From contig JBHGNT010000006.1 in assembly GCA_043228905.1 (NCBI GenBank), positions 20,894,001-20,958,000 of the forward strand: 64,000 nt of DNA. Direction: 5' to 3'. Position numbers and translations under genes: made by a program. Under the pieces are notes generated by a model that was given only the letters and a program-made list of their open reading frames with translations, did no database searches and was not told the origin of the DNA. How positions within the stretch are numbered: position 1 is the first letter of the stretch; the number at the start of each line of letters is the position of its first letter. This document shows, piece by piece, positions 21,439-35,317 of this stretch. Origin of the DNA: Azolla caroliniana (taxonomy: Eukaryota; Plantae; Polypodiophyta).

Positions 21439-24400
21439 TATTGATATATTTCGGTAGTGATGTGTGTGAACACACTTAGGATAGTGGTGTGTGTGAACAC
21501 ACTTAGGGCAATGATGTGTGTGAACACACTTAGGACTACAAGGGCATTTTTTCCCTTTTCAGGAGGTTTTTTCTCTCTATCTATAACTACTCTCATAACC
21601 CTAACGTGGGGTAGTTTTTGTGATTCAAAACAAGAATCCAACAGTGGTATCAGAGAAACTAAGCGATATTTGAGCAGCAACGCAATGAGTGAACAGCAAG
21701 GTGACGGCCCCCATCCGCATTCTGTGTGCGCCATTTGTGGTGGCGTTTTTTGGCTGCTGCAAAAAACATTTCTGTGTGTTTTCTTCCTCTATGTGCAAGT
21801 TTTAGCTGCGTTTTTCTGCTTTAAGTCGATTCAATCTATGAGTCTTCGTCGACCTTCCCACAACCCTCTTCTATGCGGTTGCTGCACAGAAATTAGATTT
21901 GCTTCTTGTTCTCTTCATTGGTTCATCTTCTAAGTCAAAGAGGTACGTTATTCCTTTTTATTCATTCAACGGTTTCTTTTTTGCATCAAAACGTGTTCAG
22001 TCAATGGCCATAGCTGAGACCAATGATGTATTTTGGATGCTTGCTGTCGACGATAAATTGGATGGAACAAATTACCCACTTTGGGCTTATATGATGTGCC
22101 ATGTATTAGTAGCAAAAGGGTTGTAGAATGTGGTTCAGTGGGTTGAAAAACATCCTGTTGTTGTGAACAGAAACGTTGATGGTACTGATTTTGTTGAAGA
22201 TGTTGATCATCCTACTCATGTTCATGATGCAGTTTCTATTGTACCAAATGCAGAGCAACTTCGCTGGGATGGTAGAGATGCTCAGGCACATGTTTTGATA
22301 GCTGTCTGTGAAACGTGCCATTATTCCCCATATTTGCTCTTGCAAAACAGCAAAGGATGCTTGGGATAGTCTTACTACTTTGTACCAGGCAAGAAATGAT
22401 TCTCGTATTGCTTATCTCCGAAAACAATTGGAGAGTGAGCACATGAACAAAGGTGATTCTATGGATAGTTTTCTTACAAAAATCAAATATTTAAAGGAAC
22501 AATTAATTTTTGCTGATGAAATGATACCAGATAGTTCACTTGTGCAGACCGTTTTAAATGTTCTTACTTAACAGGTGTCCCACTAAAGCACCGCACTCTA
22601 TCACTCCATATGAGGCTTGGCATGGCTACAAGCCATCTGTTGCTCATTTGCATGGTTTTGGTTGTTTGGCATATGCATTAGTGCCTAAACAACAACACAA
22701 AAAATTGGATGATAAATCAGTGAAATGTTTTTGTTGGATATAGTTCTGAAAGTAAAGGCTATCGTTTGTATCATCCACAGACAAAATGCATTCTGGTAAC
22801 CGTGATGTTTTTGTGGAGGATGCAATTCAACCATTGCTTTCATGAACTAAGGAGACGTCAATTAGCTCTAGAGATGTGTATGACACTTTGTTGCCTCTTT
22901 TTACAAGTGGACAATTAAGTGTTGGCCTACTTGAGGCACCTTCTCAGCCTTTGGGAGCTATTCATAATGATGTAGATCATTTTGTTTCTGATGCAAACTT
23001 ACATGATGCACTTACTGTTGAGAGGGCTGATATAGAGGAGGCAAAGGTTGAGCCTAAATGGCTGTTGCAGACTTTGCAAGATAGCAAATTAGATTTTCCT
23101 TTGTCATACCTTACTTATTCAGTTCTCATAGTGCTTCTTTTGCATCAGATTGTTATGCTATGGCTGCCTCTAGTCTTTGTGATGAGAATGAGCTTGTTTC
23201 TTTTGATGAAGCACAAAATTCAGAAAATTGGATGGCTGCTATGCAAGAATATGATGCTATTATGAAGACTGGTACATGTTCTTTATGTGACTTGCCTCCT
23301 GGCAAGAAAGCCATTGGCACTAAGTGGGTATATAAGCTAAAGCGTAAACCTAATGGAACAGTTGACAGCTATAAGGCTAGGCTTGTTGTGAAAGGTTATG
23401 CCCAAGAAAAAGGCATTGATTTGGATGAGACCTTTGCTCCTACCTACCGTATGACTACTGTTCGTAGCATCTGTGCAATTGCAGCTCATCATGGTTGGAA
23501 TGTACATCAGCTGGATATTAAAACAACATTTCTAAATGGTGATCTTCATGAGGAAGTGTATGTATTTCAGCCCCGTGGTTTTGTGCAGAAAGGGCATGAA
23601 CATAAGTGTGTAGGTTGAGAAAGGCATCATATGGCTTGAAGCAAGCACCACGTTCTTGGTATGAAAAGATACATGCCTATTTGATTGCATTTGCTTTTGA
23701 GAATAGTCCAATTGAAAGCACCTTATATGTTAAGCATGCTGATGATGTATTTCTGATCATGGTTGTTTATATCGATGACATGTTGCTCATTGGTCCCAAT
23801 GAGAAGCACATTGCTGATTTTAAGGCTGATTTGCATGCCACTTTTGAGATGTCAGATTTCGGACGTTTGCATCATTATTTGGGCATTCAATTTATGCAAG
23901 TTGATGGTGGAATAGATTTGTGTCAATTGAAATACATTGACATATTATTGCAACGTTTTGGCCTCGAAGACTGTAAACCTATTGCCACTCCCATGGAAAC
24001 AGGTTTACGTTTGAGCCTTCATGATGCTGGAGATGCATTTGATGTTGTTCTCTATCAGCAGGCAGTTGGATGCTTGATTTATTTATGCATAACCCAACCT
24101 GATATTCAGTTTGCTGTCTCTCAGATGAGCAGGTTTATGCATTGCCCAAGATCTAAGCATTGGGGGGGGCAGTTTAAGCACATCTTTCGCTACTTGAGTC
24201 GTACCCAGCCACTTTGGATTGTTTTATCCCAATCAGGGATCACTACCTCCAGACTTGCATGCTTTTTCTGACATGATTGGGCTGGTTGCTATGACTCTTG
24301 TGTCTACAAGTGGTTTTTGCTTCATGCTTGGTAGCTCATGCACAGAAGCAGCCTACTGTGGCCACTTCCAGTTGTGAGGCTGAGAATAGGACAGCTTTCA

Positions 24401-24934
24401 TAGCTATAGTTGAGTGTGTGGCTCAGATGCCTTTTAGCTGATTTGGGTGTTGGACAGTCTTTTGCCACCACCATCTTCACTGACAGTCAAAGCACATTGG
24501 CAGTTGTGAGGAACCTTGTGTTCCATGCTCACACTAAGCACCATTGAGGTGCACAATCACTATGTCAGGGAGAGATTCTCCGCTGGGGAGATCAGTTTGG
24601 CTTATGTGCCCACGCAGAAGAACGTTGCAGACCTTTTCACAAAGGCTTTGCCTAGGGAGAAGTTTGAAGCTTTCCGCAAAGCTTTAGGCCTACTTCCATT
24701 TGTGGATTGATCTCTATCCACATAGCTTGGCACTTCCATAACCATGAGTGACAATCCTTGTTCATCGCATCAATTCCAAGGGGGATTTGTTGATATATTT
24801 CGGTAGTGATGTGTGTTCACACACTTAGGACAGTGATGTGCGTGAACACACTGAGGACTACAGGGGCATTTTTTCCACTTGTCTATAAATACTCTCATAA
24901 CCCTAAAGTGGGGTAGGTTTTGTGATTCAAAACT
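21439..24934 (+). mobile_element. Ty1/copia LTR retrotransposon, internally deleted and degenerate
   Basis: 5' LTR 21439-21643; PBS TGGTATCAGAG 21645-21655; gag (KLDGTNYPLW), integrase C-terminus, RT (KARLVVKG, LKQAPRSW, YIDDML) and RNase H (ADLFTK); PPT AAGGGGGA; 3' LTR 24788-24934; TSD AAACC at 21434-21438 and 24935-24939. Confidence 0.93.
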
Positions 24935-25969
24935 AAACCTAGTGCGTTGTTCTAGAAAGCTCCAATTACTATGAAGAAAGGACACTGACTAGATGTTATC
25001 TTGTAATGACTCATAGATTTATTTGTGGATTGATGGATTGCAGCCCATGCAATGATGTCAAGATAACATTTCATTGTTTTCCGCGCTTTCATTTCATCAA
25101 TGGTATTGATGGGACATCAATATGATTGAAAGAAATTATAGACAAGATTAATAGGGTGAATTTTGCTATTGATTGTAATTTCACTAGGCTGACTTGTAAG
25201 AGTACATAAAGGTAAGGCCTCTATAGTGGAACCATGTAATTTTTATTGATGGGCCTCAATGTTTGCTGTCATGTGTTTCTCCCATCCTCAAAATGACCTG
25301 CCACATCTTCCAATAAGTACTATGCAATGTACTGATGGCTCTGTGTTTTGGTAAACGTGAAAAAATATCAAATACTTTGCATCATGCTTTTTATTTCAAT
25401 CTTCTTCCAAAAACAATCTGATTTTTTGGGGGGATTTTCTTATCTGAATGAATACGTGAGGAAAAAGGGTTTGTGAATGTTGCATTTATGACACCCCTAA
25501 AATATAGTATTTGCTCTATCATATTTCCATTAGCAAAAAGAAATAAACTGCCTAAAGGAACAAAAACATCCAATCAAAATCAACCATGTCCAACATCCGT
25601 CTGTACTAGGGCATGTGTTTTTGCCATGCCAAAAGATATGTGCAAAAAACGTCTGGGTGGGGCTGATATGAAAGAAAAACCATATGAGGGATTCTGTGCT
25701 TTATGTACACGTTTACATAATCACCTTTTATAGAGGGCCAGCATTTTTGTGGGAGGCCCAAACTATTGTTCCTAAGTGCAATGATAGAGACCGGAAAACA
25801 ATGTAATGTCTGGTTACGAGACCATACATATACATAGAAAAGAATATCTGGAACATGGCATTGTTATCTGCAACAGAAGATCATTCCATTGTTGGAAGGT
25901 AACAATCAACCATTTACATGAATGCAACCATCTGTCGTTTAGATAAGAGACCTTGGCAATCTTCTATCC

Positions 25970-26140
25970 ATGTAATGGTTCTCGCTAGGAAGAATGTCCA
26001 TGTTGTGGCGATTCCACCCAGAAGGTAATGAGCTATTCCCATGCCACGTCCCTTTATGATACCCAGAGCTCTGGGCTGAGTAACGGGATAAACTTTCAAT
26101 TTATTATGAGCCCAAACAATAGATTCAATCAGTTCTTGCC
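25970..26140 (-). pseudogene. psaA: Nuclear plastid DNA fragment (NUPT) of the psaA 3' end
   Basis: [39 protein letters not shown] matches the PsaA C-terminus, with several substitutions. Confidence 0.93.
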
Positions 26141-29068
26141 AAGAACTAGAGGTTTGCACCTTCTTTTGGACTTTGTCTGCCTCCATAGTTGCTAAGGTGT
26201 GTTTGCAACACATTTCTAATAAGCACAAGGTAGAGGCTTGCTTCCTACAAGTGATATCGGTGTTGGACACAACTCGAATTACTATCATATGTTTTGGGTA
26301 TTTTAATGTCTATAGTGCTGTCAGGTGCTGGACCAGTTATTCTTCTATGGGCTTGCTTCCCTTCATGTGTCATTTTGGAAGTTCCTTTTGGCTTTTGGAG
26401 TATTACCCAGTTATCACATTTGGTCAGCTCTTTTGGCAAGGTATTTGGACACGAACAAAAATATATGAGAAGATAGTCTTATGTTCTGTTGATTTGGTAG
26501 TTGTATCTTCTTCAACCATTGTTATCGACTTGAGCAAATTCCTAGATTCACATTGCTATAAACATTATTGATTTTTTATGTTCTTTCCCAGGAAAACAAT
26601 GACTTGATGCGAGTCTAAATATTTTGATGATGGAAGGAAAGTGATTTGTCACATAAGACGACTGGGGAATCAAGTGAAAGTGTTGGTCTAGATTAGCAGA
26701 ATAGAATGTAGAGGAAAACGGAGGCAACAAATGAAGCGTGTTATTAGAGAGTTGTTAGTGTCTCGTAAAAGCTTGATCAGATACGTTATAACCCGAACTT
26801 TGGGATGCACACAACTCAATTGGTTATTAGTATGCTGTATTTATGAGTATTAAATTTACTGCGAATGTCGTTATCTAAGAAAATCATGTGTTTGTGTATG
26901 TAGAAAGGTGTCTTTGTTGACTTGAGCATTTCACATGTTTCTATATGTCATCATCACATACCGGCTCTCCCAGAGACATCTTTCATTATTGTCTTGTACT
27001 CTCTCTCTCTCTCTCTCTCTCTAAACAATTGATTTAAAGGTGATGAAAAGTACTTCTTAAAGCACTTAACACAGCACCAAAATGATGGGATCAAAGGCAG
27101 ATAAAAGGAATAACATAGGATAATGTCTTCTGTATGATTTGACACTTATTGCAATGTTTTGTAAATCCAATTCAAGTTCTTGTAGGTACCTTGATCAACA
27201 TGCAAGGATGATAAAAATAGGGTGTCACAAGTGACATTGTATATTAGAAAGGCAAGTGTATGATAATAATCTTAGGTGCTATACAAATTACATTTTAGGC
27301 CTGAGATTTTCCTTCATAGGAATGGACCAGAGTCTAAATTTAGGCTGGCAATTTTGTGTATGAGAAGTGATGACCAAAAGGAGTAATATAACAAGTTTTA
27401 AGTGGGCAGCCATCCCAGAAATGGTGTAAGAAGCAACTTTTTTCATCTTTTGCCCATTTATCTGTCCCACCAATTTGTGCTTAGGTCAGTACCCTTGGTA
27501 AATTGTTCCCACTATAATAATGCCACTTTCTGCTTTGGTTAACTATTTGTGTAGAGAGAGGAGATGGAAAATGTAAATGTTTACTATTTAATCCTTGTGT
27601 ATGTGAAATGCAGTGCTCAAAAAGTGGTCTAGCTTCCTCATTTGTAAGTTGAAAGGATCATTAGGTCATGAGATTTTCCAGTGGACATATCAGAGCACAT
27701 CGCAGTAATGGTTTTACTTGAATATTTTCATGAAGTGACACACATGTGCATGCACACAAATGCTTTTTAGCAATGCATTATAATACTAGAGTGAAACTTC
27801 AAAATCTGGGTAGAGACCAAAGACAAATTTTCCCATCGACAAATTTTTCTCTGGTAGTTAGATCCATTCCCCCCTCCATCTACTACTTTCCCTTTAGTAT
27901 TTGACATTATCTTTGATCCAAGGGTGGCCATGACATTTACTGTTCCAATTACATACTCGATTTGGCAAGGGCCTTTGCACACATACTAGAGGTATATATT
28001 CAGGTATAAGTGTTCCTTATTGTGCCAACTTCATTGTTATCACTCATTCAAGACTCCACAACCATCCCACTTCCAACTAAACACAATTGTGTTCTTGATG
28101 TCTTTGGAAAATGGAATGTGGATTGTAAGTACAAGCACTAATTGTGCAATTATCTTATTGATCTTTAGGATGGCAATTCTCCTCATTTAGGCATGATGTT
28201 GCAAGTCCAACATTGAGTGTTGAACGCCAATGTTGGCCTATACCGGTGGCAACAATAGTGATTGGTCATCTCGAGGAGTAGCCAAAGCAATAGAGCGACG
28301 CCCATCTCTCCTTTTTTGTTTGCCCATATGTATGTGTCTTTGACCTTAGCTAAAGCCAAAGTGTCCCCAATGAAGGTGCGGGTTTGAATCCCACCTCTCA
28401 TTACCATTCCTTTCTATTGTGAAAGCTCACTTTGGTGTGTAGATTACCAAATTGAAAAATTGGTCATAAACCTCATAGGACTGGCTCAAAGTTAGTATAC
28501 CGGTTACTCAAAAGGTTGTGTTCAAAGTTTCTCCTACAAAATTAAGCAATACATAGATTCTTGCTTGGTGTTTGGTTTTTTTTGCCGAAAATTTTGTAAT
28601 GATCCTTGTTCAATCTTGAAGTGCAAAGAACATAATTGCAACTCATTTCCCTAATACATGAAGGGGGGATTATTTCAAGTAGTTACATTCAATTCTAAAA
28701 GGCTTAAGTTTAAGATACAATAAAAGAAAACAACAAAGATCAACGCTATACAACGACAAATGTTGTTGTCGACAACTCCATATTTCGTCAAGGAACATCC
28801 AATTGAATATATTGTTTATGTTCATGGAGCAACACTAGTTGAGTCACATGGAGGCGCGATGGATGTGGGCACTGTTGCTGGTCATGATGTGGGGTTGAGC
28901 TTGCTACTCCGATTAGTCGAGGGAGGTGCAAGATGGGATTACTTACAAGATGGTGTAGGTGACAATGGTGGAGGGTGCGAGAGGATCTGTTAGGGGTATG
29001 CCCATAGTTTATCTCGTGGTAGTTTGTATCGCAGTATTCTACACACGAGAATAAAAGTGTGAAGGACT

Positions 29069-29574
29069 TGGGGTTCCCCAAAATATTAAAGATTGCCCCT
29101 CGAAAAACCCCACTTGCAAAAACAAACACCAACCCAAACATAAGAACCCACCACCAAATATCCCATGTGCACCCCAACGCTGCCGCCTCACAAATCGTTT
29201 CGATCCTATGACGAACATCACCATAACTGATCTCGTGGTAGTTAGTAGAGTAGCATTCTACACACAAGGATAAAAAGTGTTGAGGGTGCCGAATACTGCG
29301 ATTAACCCTCACATTTTTTTTATCCTCAAGACTTGTAGAAGAATTGCGTTACAAACGACGACGAGATAAGTTATAGGCACGCTCGTAACAGGATCGAAAA
29401 TGATTTGTGAGGTGGTAGAGTTTAGGGTTTAGGGTTTAGGGTTTAGGGTTTAGAGTTTGTGGGCACATATGTGAGGTGGTAGTGGCTTCGTATGTCTTGG
29501 GATGGTGTTTGTTGTTTACAACTTACAAGGTGGGGTTTTGCGAGGGGCAATCTTTGATATTTTGGAAAATCCCA
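29069..29574. repeat. Imperfect long inverted repeat (arms ~29069-29236 and ~29361-29574), fold-back/MITE-like
   Basis: For example CCAAAATATTAAAGATTGCCCCTCG pairs with CGAGGGGCAATCTTTGATATTTTGG, and CTCACAAATCGTTTCGATCCT with AGGATCGAAAATGATTTGTGAG. Confidence 0.8.
29421..29458 (+). repeat. Interstitial telomeric repeat (TTTAGGG)4 TTTAGAG
   Basis: Read directly. Confidence 0.95.
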
Positions 29575-29849
29575 GGAAGAGGAGGGGTATCGCCTGATAT
29601 TTTGTAAAACCCCAATTCTTCTTCATTTTCTTCTTCTTCTTCTTCTTCTTCTTCCTCTGACTCGGACCCTGTCTCTGATTCTCTGTGTCGCGATCCATCC
29701 ATCGATCCTCTGTCATCGCCATCGCCATCGCCATCGCCTCTTCCTTCGACGACCAGTCGCACCTCCTCCTATCCGATCCTTACTTCTTTGAGACCCCCCC
29801 CCCCCCCCCCCCCCCTTTCTTTGTTTCATATCGTTCGATCACCATCGCC

Positions 29850-31867
29850 ATGTCCTCCCGAGTGCCTGCACCTACCGACGCAGACGACGACATCGAAGAA
29901 AGCCTCGAGCACACCCTGCTTGTGGTAAGGGAGGTCTCCGTCTTCAAGATCCCCCCCCGAAGCACCAGTGGGAGCTACAAGTGTGGGGAATGGCTTCAAT
30001 CAGACAAGATCTGGACGGGTCGCCTCCGTGTTGTCTCCGTCAAAGACCTCTGTGAGATCCGCCTCGAAGATTCCAACACAGGTGTCCTCTTCGCCGCATG
30101 CCATGTCCATCCTGGAAAAAGAGATCTCTGTGTCGAGCCTGCCATGGACTCTTCGCGCTACTTTGTGCTCAGAATCGATGATGGGCATGGGAAGCATGCC
30201 TTCATTGGGCTTGGATTTGCAGAGAGAAATGAAGCTTTCGATTTCAATGTCGCTCTCTCTGATCATGAGAAGCATGTCCTGCATCGGAACAATATGTCAG
30301 ATAGTAATCAGATGGAGAACAATGTGTCTCACGGTTCGATTCCTTCGTTAGATCTCCGACTGAAGGTAGGATTCTTTTTAGTCTTAGTTGGATTGTATAT
30401 GTAAGAAAAGTTTGTTGTTTTGGATTTTTGTAACAATGTAAGGTGAGAAATGGTTCTAAGAATAAGAGAATAAGAGATCTAGATCGAACTGATTTCTCAT
30501 GAAAGTAAAATATGAATTGCATACAAAGTAAGATATGTGAAAGAATAAGGGGGAACTGGCTTCCTGTGATGGCAAAATATGTATGCATTTCAGGTCTTCT
30601 AAAGAACAAATCTTGTGTCAGACTGTTGTGAATTGGATTAACCGTAGATCTCAGATTCAAAAGGAAGTGTAGGGTGAGAAATAACACCTAGAGGAAAGAA
30701 TACTTCTTATTTTGGTTTTAGCAACAGTAGGGAGTGAGAAGCTGATCTGTGAATAAGCAAGTTGAGAACGTGATATGTCACAATTTGAACAATTTCCTGT
30801 ATTTGAAATATGAAAAGGAGTCGTGCAACAGAAAGCTCCGTATCTTAGCAGCCAAAGCCTGTTTTTTGTGCTGTCTTCATGAAGGTGGTTATTTCATCCT
30901 GTGATATCTTTCCCTTACATCTTCATTTCTAAGTGCAAGGTCAGGATTCACATTCTTTTGTGATTGAATCCCTCATTCACATATCACAGCTCTTACAATT
31001 TTAGCAATTCTGCTGGGTTTTTTTATACATTTAGTCCTATAGTCAGCCAAAAAAATATAACCAGAAATAATTCATTATTTTTTTCTGCAAATAATTTCTT
31101 TAATGCGCACTGACTGGCTAGTTGGTTAGGAAGGTGAAACTATCAAGATAAATGTGAAGCCAAAGACGACTACATCCAATACTCGGATGATATCGAATGC
31201 AAATAGTGGTGAGGTTATTGGAAGCACCGGTCGAATGAAAGCACCATTGGCTCCTCCTCCAGGTGGTGGTCGACTCCGCTCTCCACTACCACCACCACCT
31301 AATGATACAAGAAGCCCTCAAACCAACAGAACAATTCCATCAAATATGTCACTATCAAAAACTCTACAGAAAACATCGGATGAAAGTAGTAGATCCACTG
31401 ATGGTGCTTTTACGGATCTTTCCAAATTAGGGGTCAGTGCTAACCTAATGTCAAATTGCATGAATTTCAATCATTTTTATTTAGATAAAGCTTGGTTTCC
31501 TCTGTTTCTCCAAATGCCCCTAAGTTCTCATTATTTCCCCATTTGACCCTGGTCAAACTCTGAAAGAGAGAAAGAAGATGATTTGTGCATATAATTGCTC
31601 CAATAGCACATATAATTGAGAAACAGAGGATGTGTTGGTTGTATAAGATCGACAAATGACTGTGAGAGAAGTGGTTGAACTAGGGCATTTGGTAATCAAT
31701 GAAAACTTAGGGGCATTAAATTATGAGGAGTCTCAGAGTTTTTCCTCTTTTTATTTTCACTGAATTTGATAGCTTACTTGTATAATTCTCTTGCACAACA
31801 GTTAAGTCTTCCATCTGGAACAGCATCGAACAACAATGGTCATGTTGGCGGTTGGGCAGCATTTTAA
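29850..31867 (+). CDS. NECAP1: NECAP (adaptin-ear-binding coat-associated protein, DUF1681); exons 29850-30365, 31130-31432, 31802-31867
   Basis: Motifs VFKIPPR..IWTGRLRVV..DSSRYFVLRI..AFIGLGF.ERNEAFDFNVAL.DH and LDLRLK|EGETIKINV; C-terminal WAAF; phase-0 GT-AG introns. Confidence 0.95.
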
Positions 31868-32419
31868 CTTTGAAGAGTGCATTGATGCATTCAATTCTTT
31901 GTTTTGGCTTTATTATTATGCCTCTTTATCTTTAAACAGGTGGCATGATTCAGTTGGAAGGTTTTTCTTCTCCAGAGTTTGATTTGCACAATCTACAGTG
32001 ATAAATAGATGCATCAAAAGCTTGTATTGGCCTTCAAGGAGCCCGTTACATCAATCTAATAAGCCACATACACTATGTATGTCTTTCTCTTACAGCTTCA
32101 CTTTGTGCAACTCAAAATGTGTCTGGACAATAGACTGAATTTAATGCATAGACTGGATTCCAAAGAATATAAACTTTCTAATTTGTGTGAGTTGTGATAT
32201 GAACTACATTTCATACAGCTTAATTAGATACTGAACTGAGCTCAATGTTGAGTTGAGTGTCCTCCTTCGCGATCAGAATTGATGATTATCTCCATTCAGT
32301 TTTTAGATGTTAAAAGTGTAATAACGATCTATGGGTTGCGTTGCATTCGTTTTGAAATGAATGTATTTCTTAATATGTTTGGACATGCACCAATCATGGT
32401 TTCAGTGGACTGTTGCATC

Positions 32420-32800
32420 CCATAGTCTACAAAGGACATTATCTCTATATATGGGCCAGCCTAAACCTAGGAAGATTGTTCTTGTATGTTGAGCATGCAA
32501 GAAGTTCTGTCTGTGCTGTTCATCCTCCACTAGGTTTTCATTACATACCTTGCATGTCTTGCAATCTATCCAATATTCCAAACTTGTTTTGGCATCCATG
32601 ATCATGCATATTCTTGACTTTTCCAATACGCTTCTATATTGCTTGCATGGCCAATGCCTCTATGGGTTGAGTACTTGCTTGCACTACATGATAGGAGCTT
32701 GGGGGTTCAACGGTTAACCCTGCATAAGAAGAATCTTTGGATTTTCTCTGTGTCATTCCATGCATATGAGCAATCATGTTTTATCTTTAAGGAAAGACTT
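32420..32800 (-). mobile_element. Degenerate LINE 3'-region fragment
   Basis: CKVCNENLVEDEQH resembles the C-terminal zinc-knuckle of non-LTR RT ORFs. Confidence 0.4.
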
Positions 32801-32844
32801 GCTTTATTGCTTGCTCATATGTCAATCTTGCCATGTCTAGTTGA

Positions 32845-32972
32845 TCATTATTATGATTCAAACAAGGTAGAAACTTGCCCAACACTTCATTATTATGAAT
32901 CAAACATGGTAGAAACCTGTCCAACTCTTCACTATTATGAATCAAACATGGTAGAAACCTGTTTGACACTTC
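32845..32972. repeat. 3 x 42-bp tandem repeat
   Basis: TCATTATTATGA(T/A)TCAAACA(A/T)GGTAGAAAC repeated three times. Confidence 0.9.
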
Positions 32973-35317
32973 CTAAATTCTATTTTTGTGTGAGGATGTA
33001 CAAGTTTCTCTAGATGTTCATGGAATTTGAAACATTGATACATCCTATGGTTGGCTATATAAGTTCTATATTATTATTTAAGTGAGAGTTCTTACCCTTC
33101 AAAGAGAATCTTATTGGAAACTATTTTTTTGGTATGTTTTGGAAAATGCAATAAGCACATACATATTCAACTAGGCTTAGTATTGCAAGACTCGTCAACT
33201 ATTCCTTCTTTGTGTTGGAGGATTTATCTTCCATTTTGTAGAGCTATGCAAATGTTTTACTTATGAACTGAGATATTTTTAGCTTTAATAACTTAGCTTA
33301 TTTGCGAAGTCATTTCTGCCATTGTATTTGATAACTAGCTCAATGAGAGGATGACTCATATGCCTTAGTGTCGTATGTTTTAAGTAGCGTTCTATTTCCT
33401 TTACAATTAAGTAATATACGAAGGGAACACAAAAACAAGGCATCATTGGTAGCATATAATTACTAGAGGGATGGTTCACAAGCCTTTTTGAGCCCTTTCT
33501 ATTATAATGTCACTAGGTGTGTGAAGTATTATTGTTTTCTTGCATAGCCAGTCAATAAGTAAAGGGAGCTAAAGAGAAGGCATCAATTGTGGCATAGCAA
33601 CAAACATGGAGAGAGAATGTAGTGCAAGTGAAGAAATAAAGAGGGATAGGGAGTCTCATTGCCGAAGAGAGATGTGTGTGGTAGTTAGAGAGAAATTTAA
33701 TTAAAGAATCTCAAGCCTTGCTCGAAATACAGAAATATAAGGGTATTCATGAACAACCCCACGTGTGGATCGGTTAACAACCCCATGTTTGTTCTCAACG
33801 CACCCCAAAATTTGTTTGAGATACACTTACCATGATGGGATCAAAACAATATAGTTATTATTGTTGAAAAAACTATTGACAAAGAGTTGAAACCTGAATC
33901 GATTTTCGAATACATCCAAAGGTAGCATATTAGTTCATTCTTGTAGTTCTCATTTTTCTCATTTGCAATTTATCAAGATGTAATGAAATTATGGATTTGA
34001 CATTACTTATTGAATGTTGTCAAATCCAAGTGGTTAGGCTTTTGCTTTGGAATCTTAGTTTGCAAGTGGGAACTCTTATTTGTTTTTGCACTTAGCTTGA
34101 TTTGAGTGAGTGATTGATCCATAATTTCCTCGCGACAAGAAAAAATCATTTATTTCTATTATACAAACTACAATGGAACATGCTAGAGTGTCAATCGACC
34201 ATGTAAATTTATAGTGTCTGTCAAGTCTTGTGTGTAACATACCAAGTGTCATTTCAATAAACTAGGGGGTACATAAATTGACTCTATCAGATCAAGGTAT
34301 TCTCACCAAATGCACCTCTTCATACTAGTCAAGTTATGCCTCTACATTGATCTAGTAGTTAGAGAGTGTGAACTGCCATGTACCCATTTGATCACAAGTT
34401 AGGCGAGAGTGATTGACAATCGCCTTCAATATGCTAACTTTGTGCTTGCTCAAAAGTACTAACTTGATGCAAAAGCTTAGTAATGCCTTACATAGCATAA
34501 GTGTTAGACACATATACCAAAACTTCCCCCTCACAAAGGTGACCTTTATGCTTCACTTACAAACATATTGTTACCATTAGGCTCGAAAGCTCTAGAGCTA
34601 GCTCTATTGAGTTCCCCTTCTCTTTGGTCTCAGACACTTTGTCCTTGGTACCAATGCCAATGTCTTCATGGCTGTGCTACGTAAGATGGGTACCTAACAT
34701 CGGCATAAAAAAAATCGGATAGAAGAGATTCCTCTACAAAACCAACACATCGTAATGCTTCGTTCACATGCTTGATTTGTAATGTAATGTATTGTACTGT
34801 GATTAGCGTTAATTACGACAACCAACATCTGATTCATGAGGTCACGTACAATTATTAATGTGGTGATTTCCATTCTAGTGTGTGCTAATTGCAATAAGTG
34901 ATATTGCAATTGATAGTTACGTTACTAATCAGAACAATTATAAGTTCAATTACAATGTTGAATGTGTTGGTATGAGAAGTGTAGGTGATGGAATTTACAA
35001 GACCCAAGGGATGTGGGCATTTCTGAAGATTCTCAAAAGCTTGGGCTTGAACCCCACAGAAATGTAAAATCATGTATATAGCTTGCCAGCCATGGCTGCC
35101 TCTGATCATCTGTCGTTCAGAGTATTACAGTGAAACAGTACAACAGTGATGATGGTGATGATGCTTGTGAATGTGATGATGCATTAAGGCTCAGAGAATT
35201 ACAGTGAAAACGGAGATGATGATGGTCGTAATGGTGGTGAGGAATTAAGGCTCAGAGATTGAGAAAGAGAGAGGAAGGGAGAGGGATAGAGAGAATCTAT
35301 GAATCGCCCAAGAAGCA

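Noticed and set aside
29685-29849. Upstream extension of the NECAP ORF with poly-Pro
   Set aside because: Derived from 5'-UTR (ATCGCC)n and a C homopolymer; homology starts near ATG 29850.
34250-34700. Possible LTR/PPT remnant on the minus strand (GAGGGGGAAG)
   Set aside because: No second LTR, TSD or readable pol motif.
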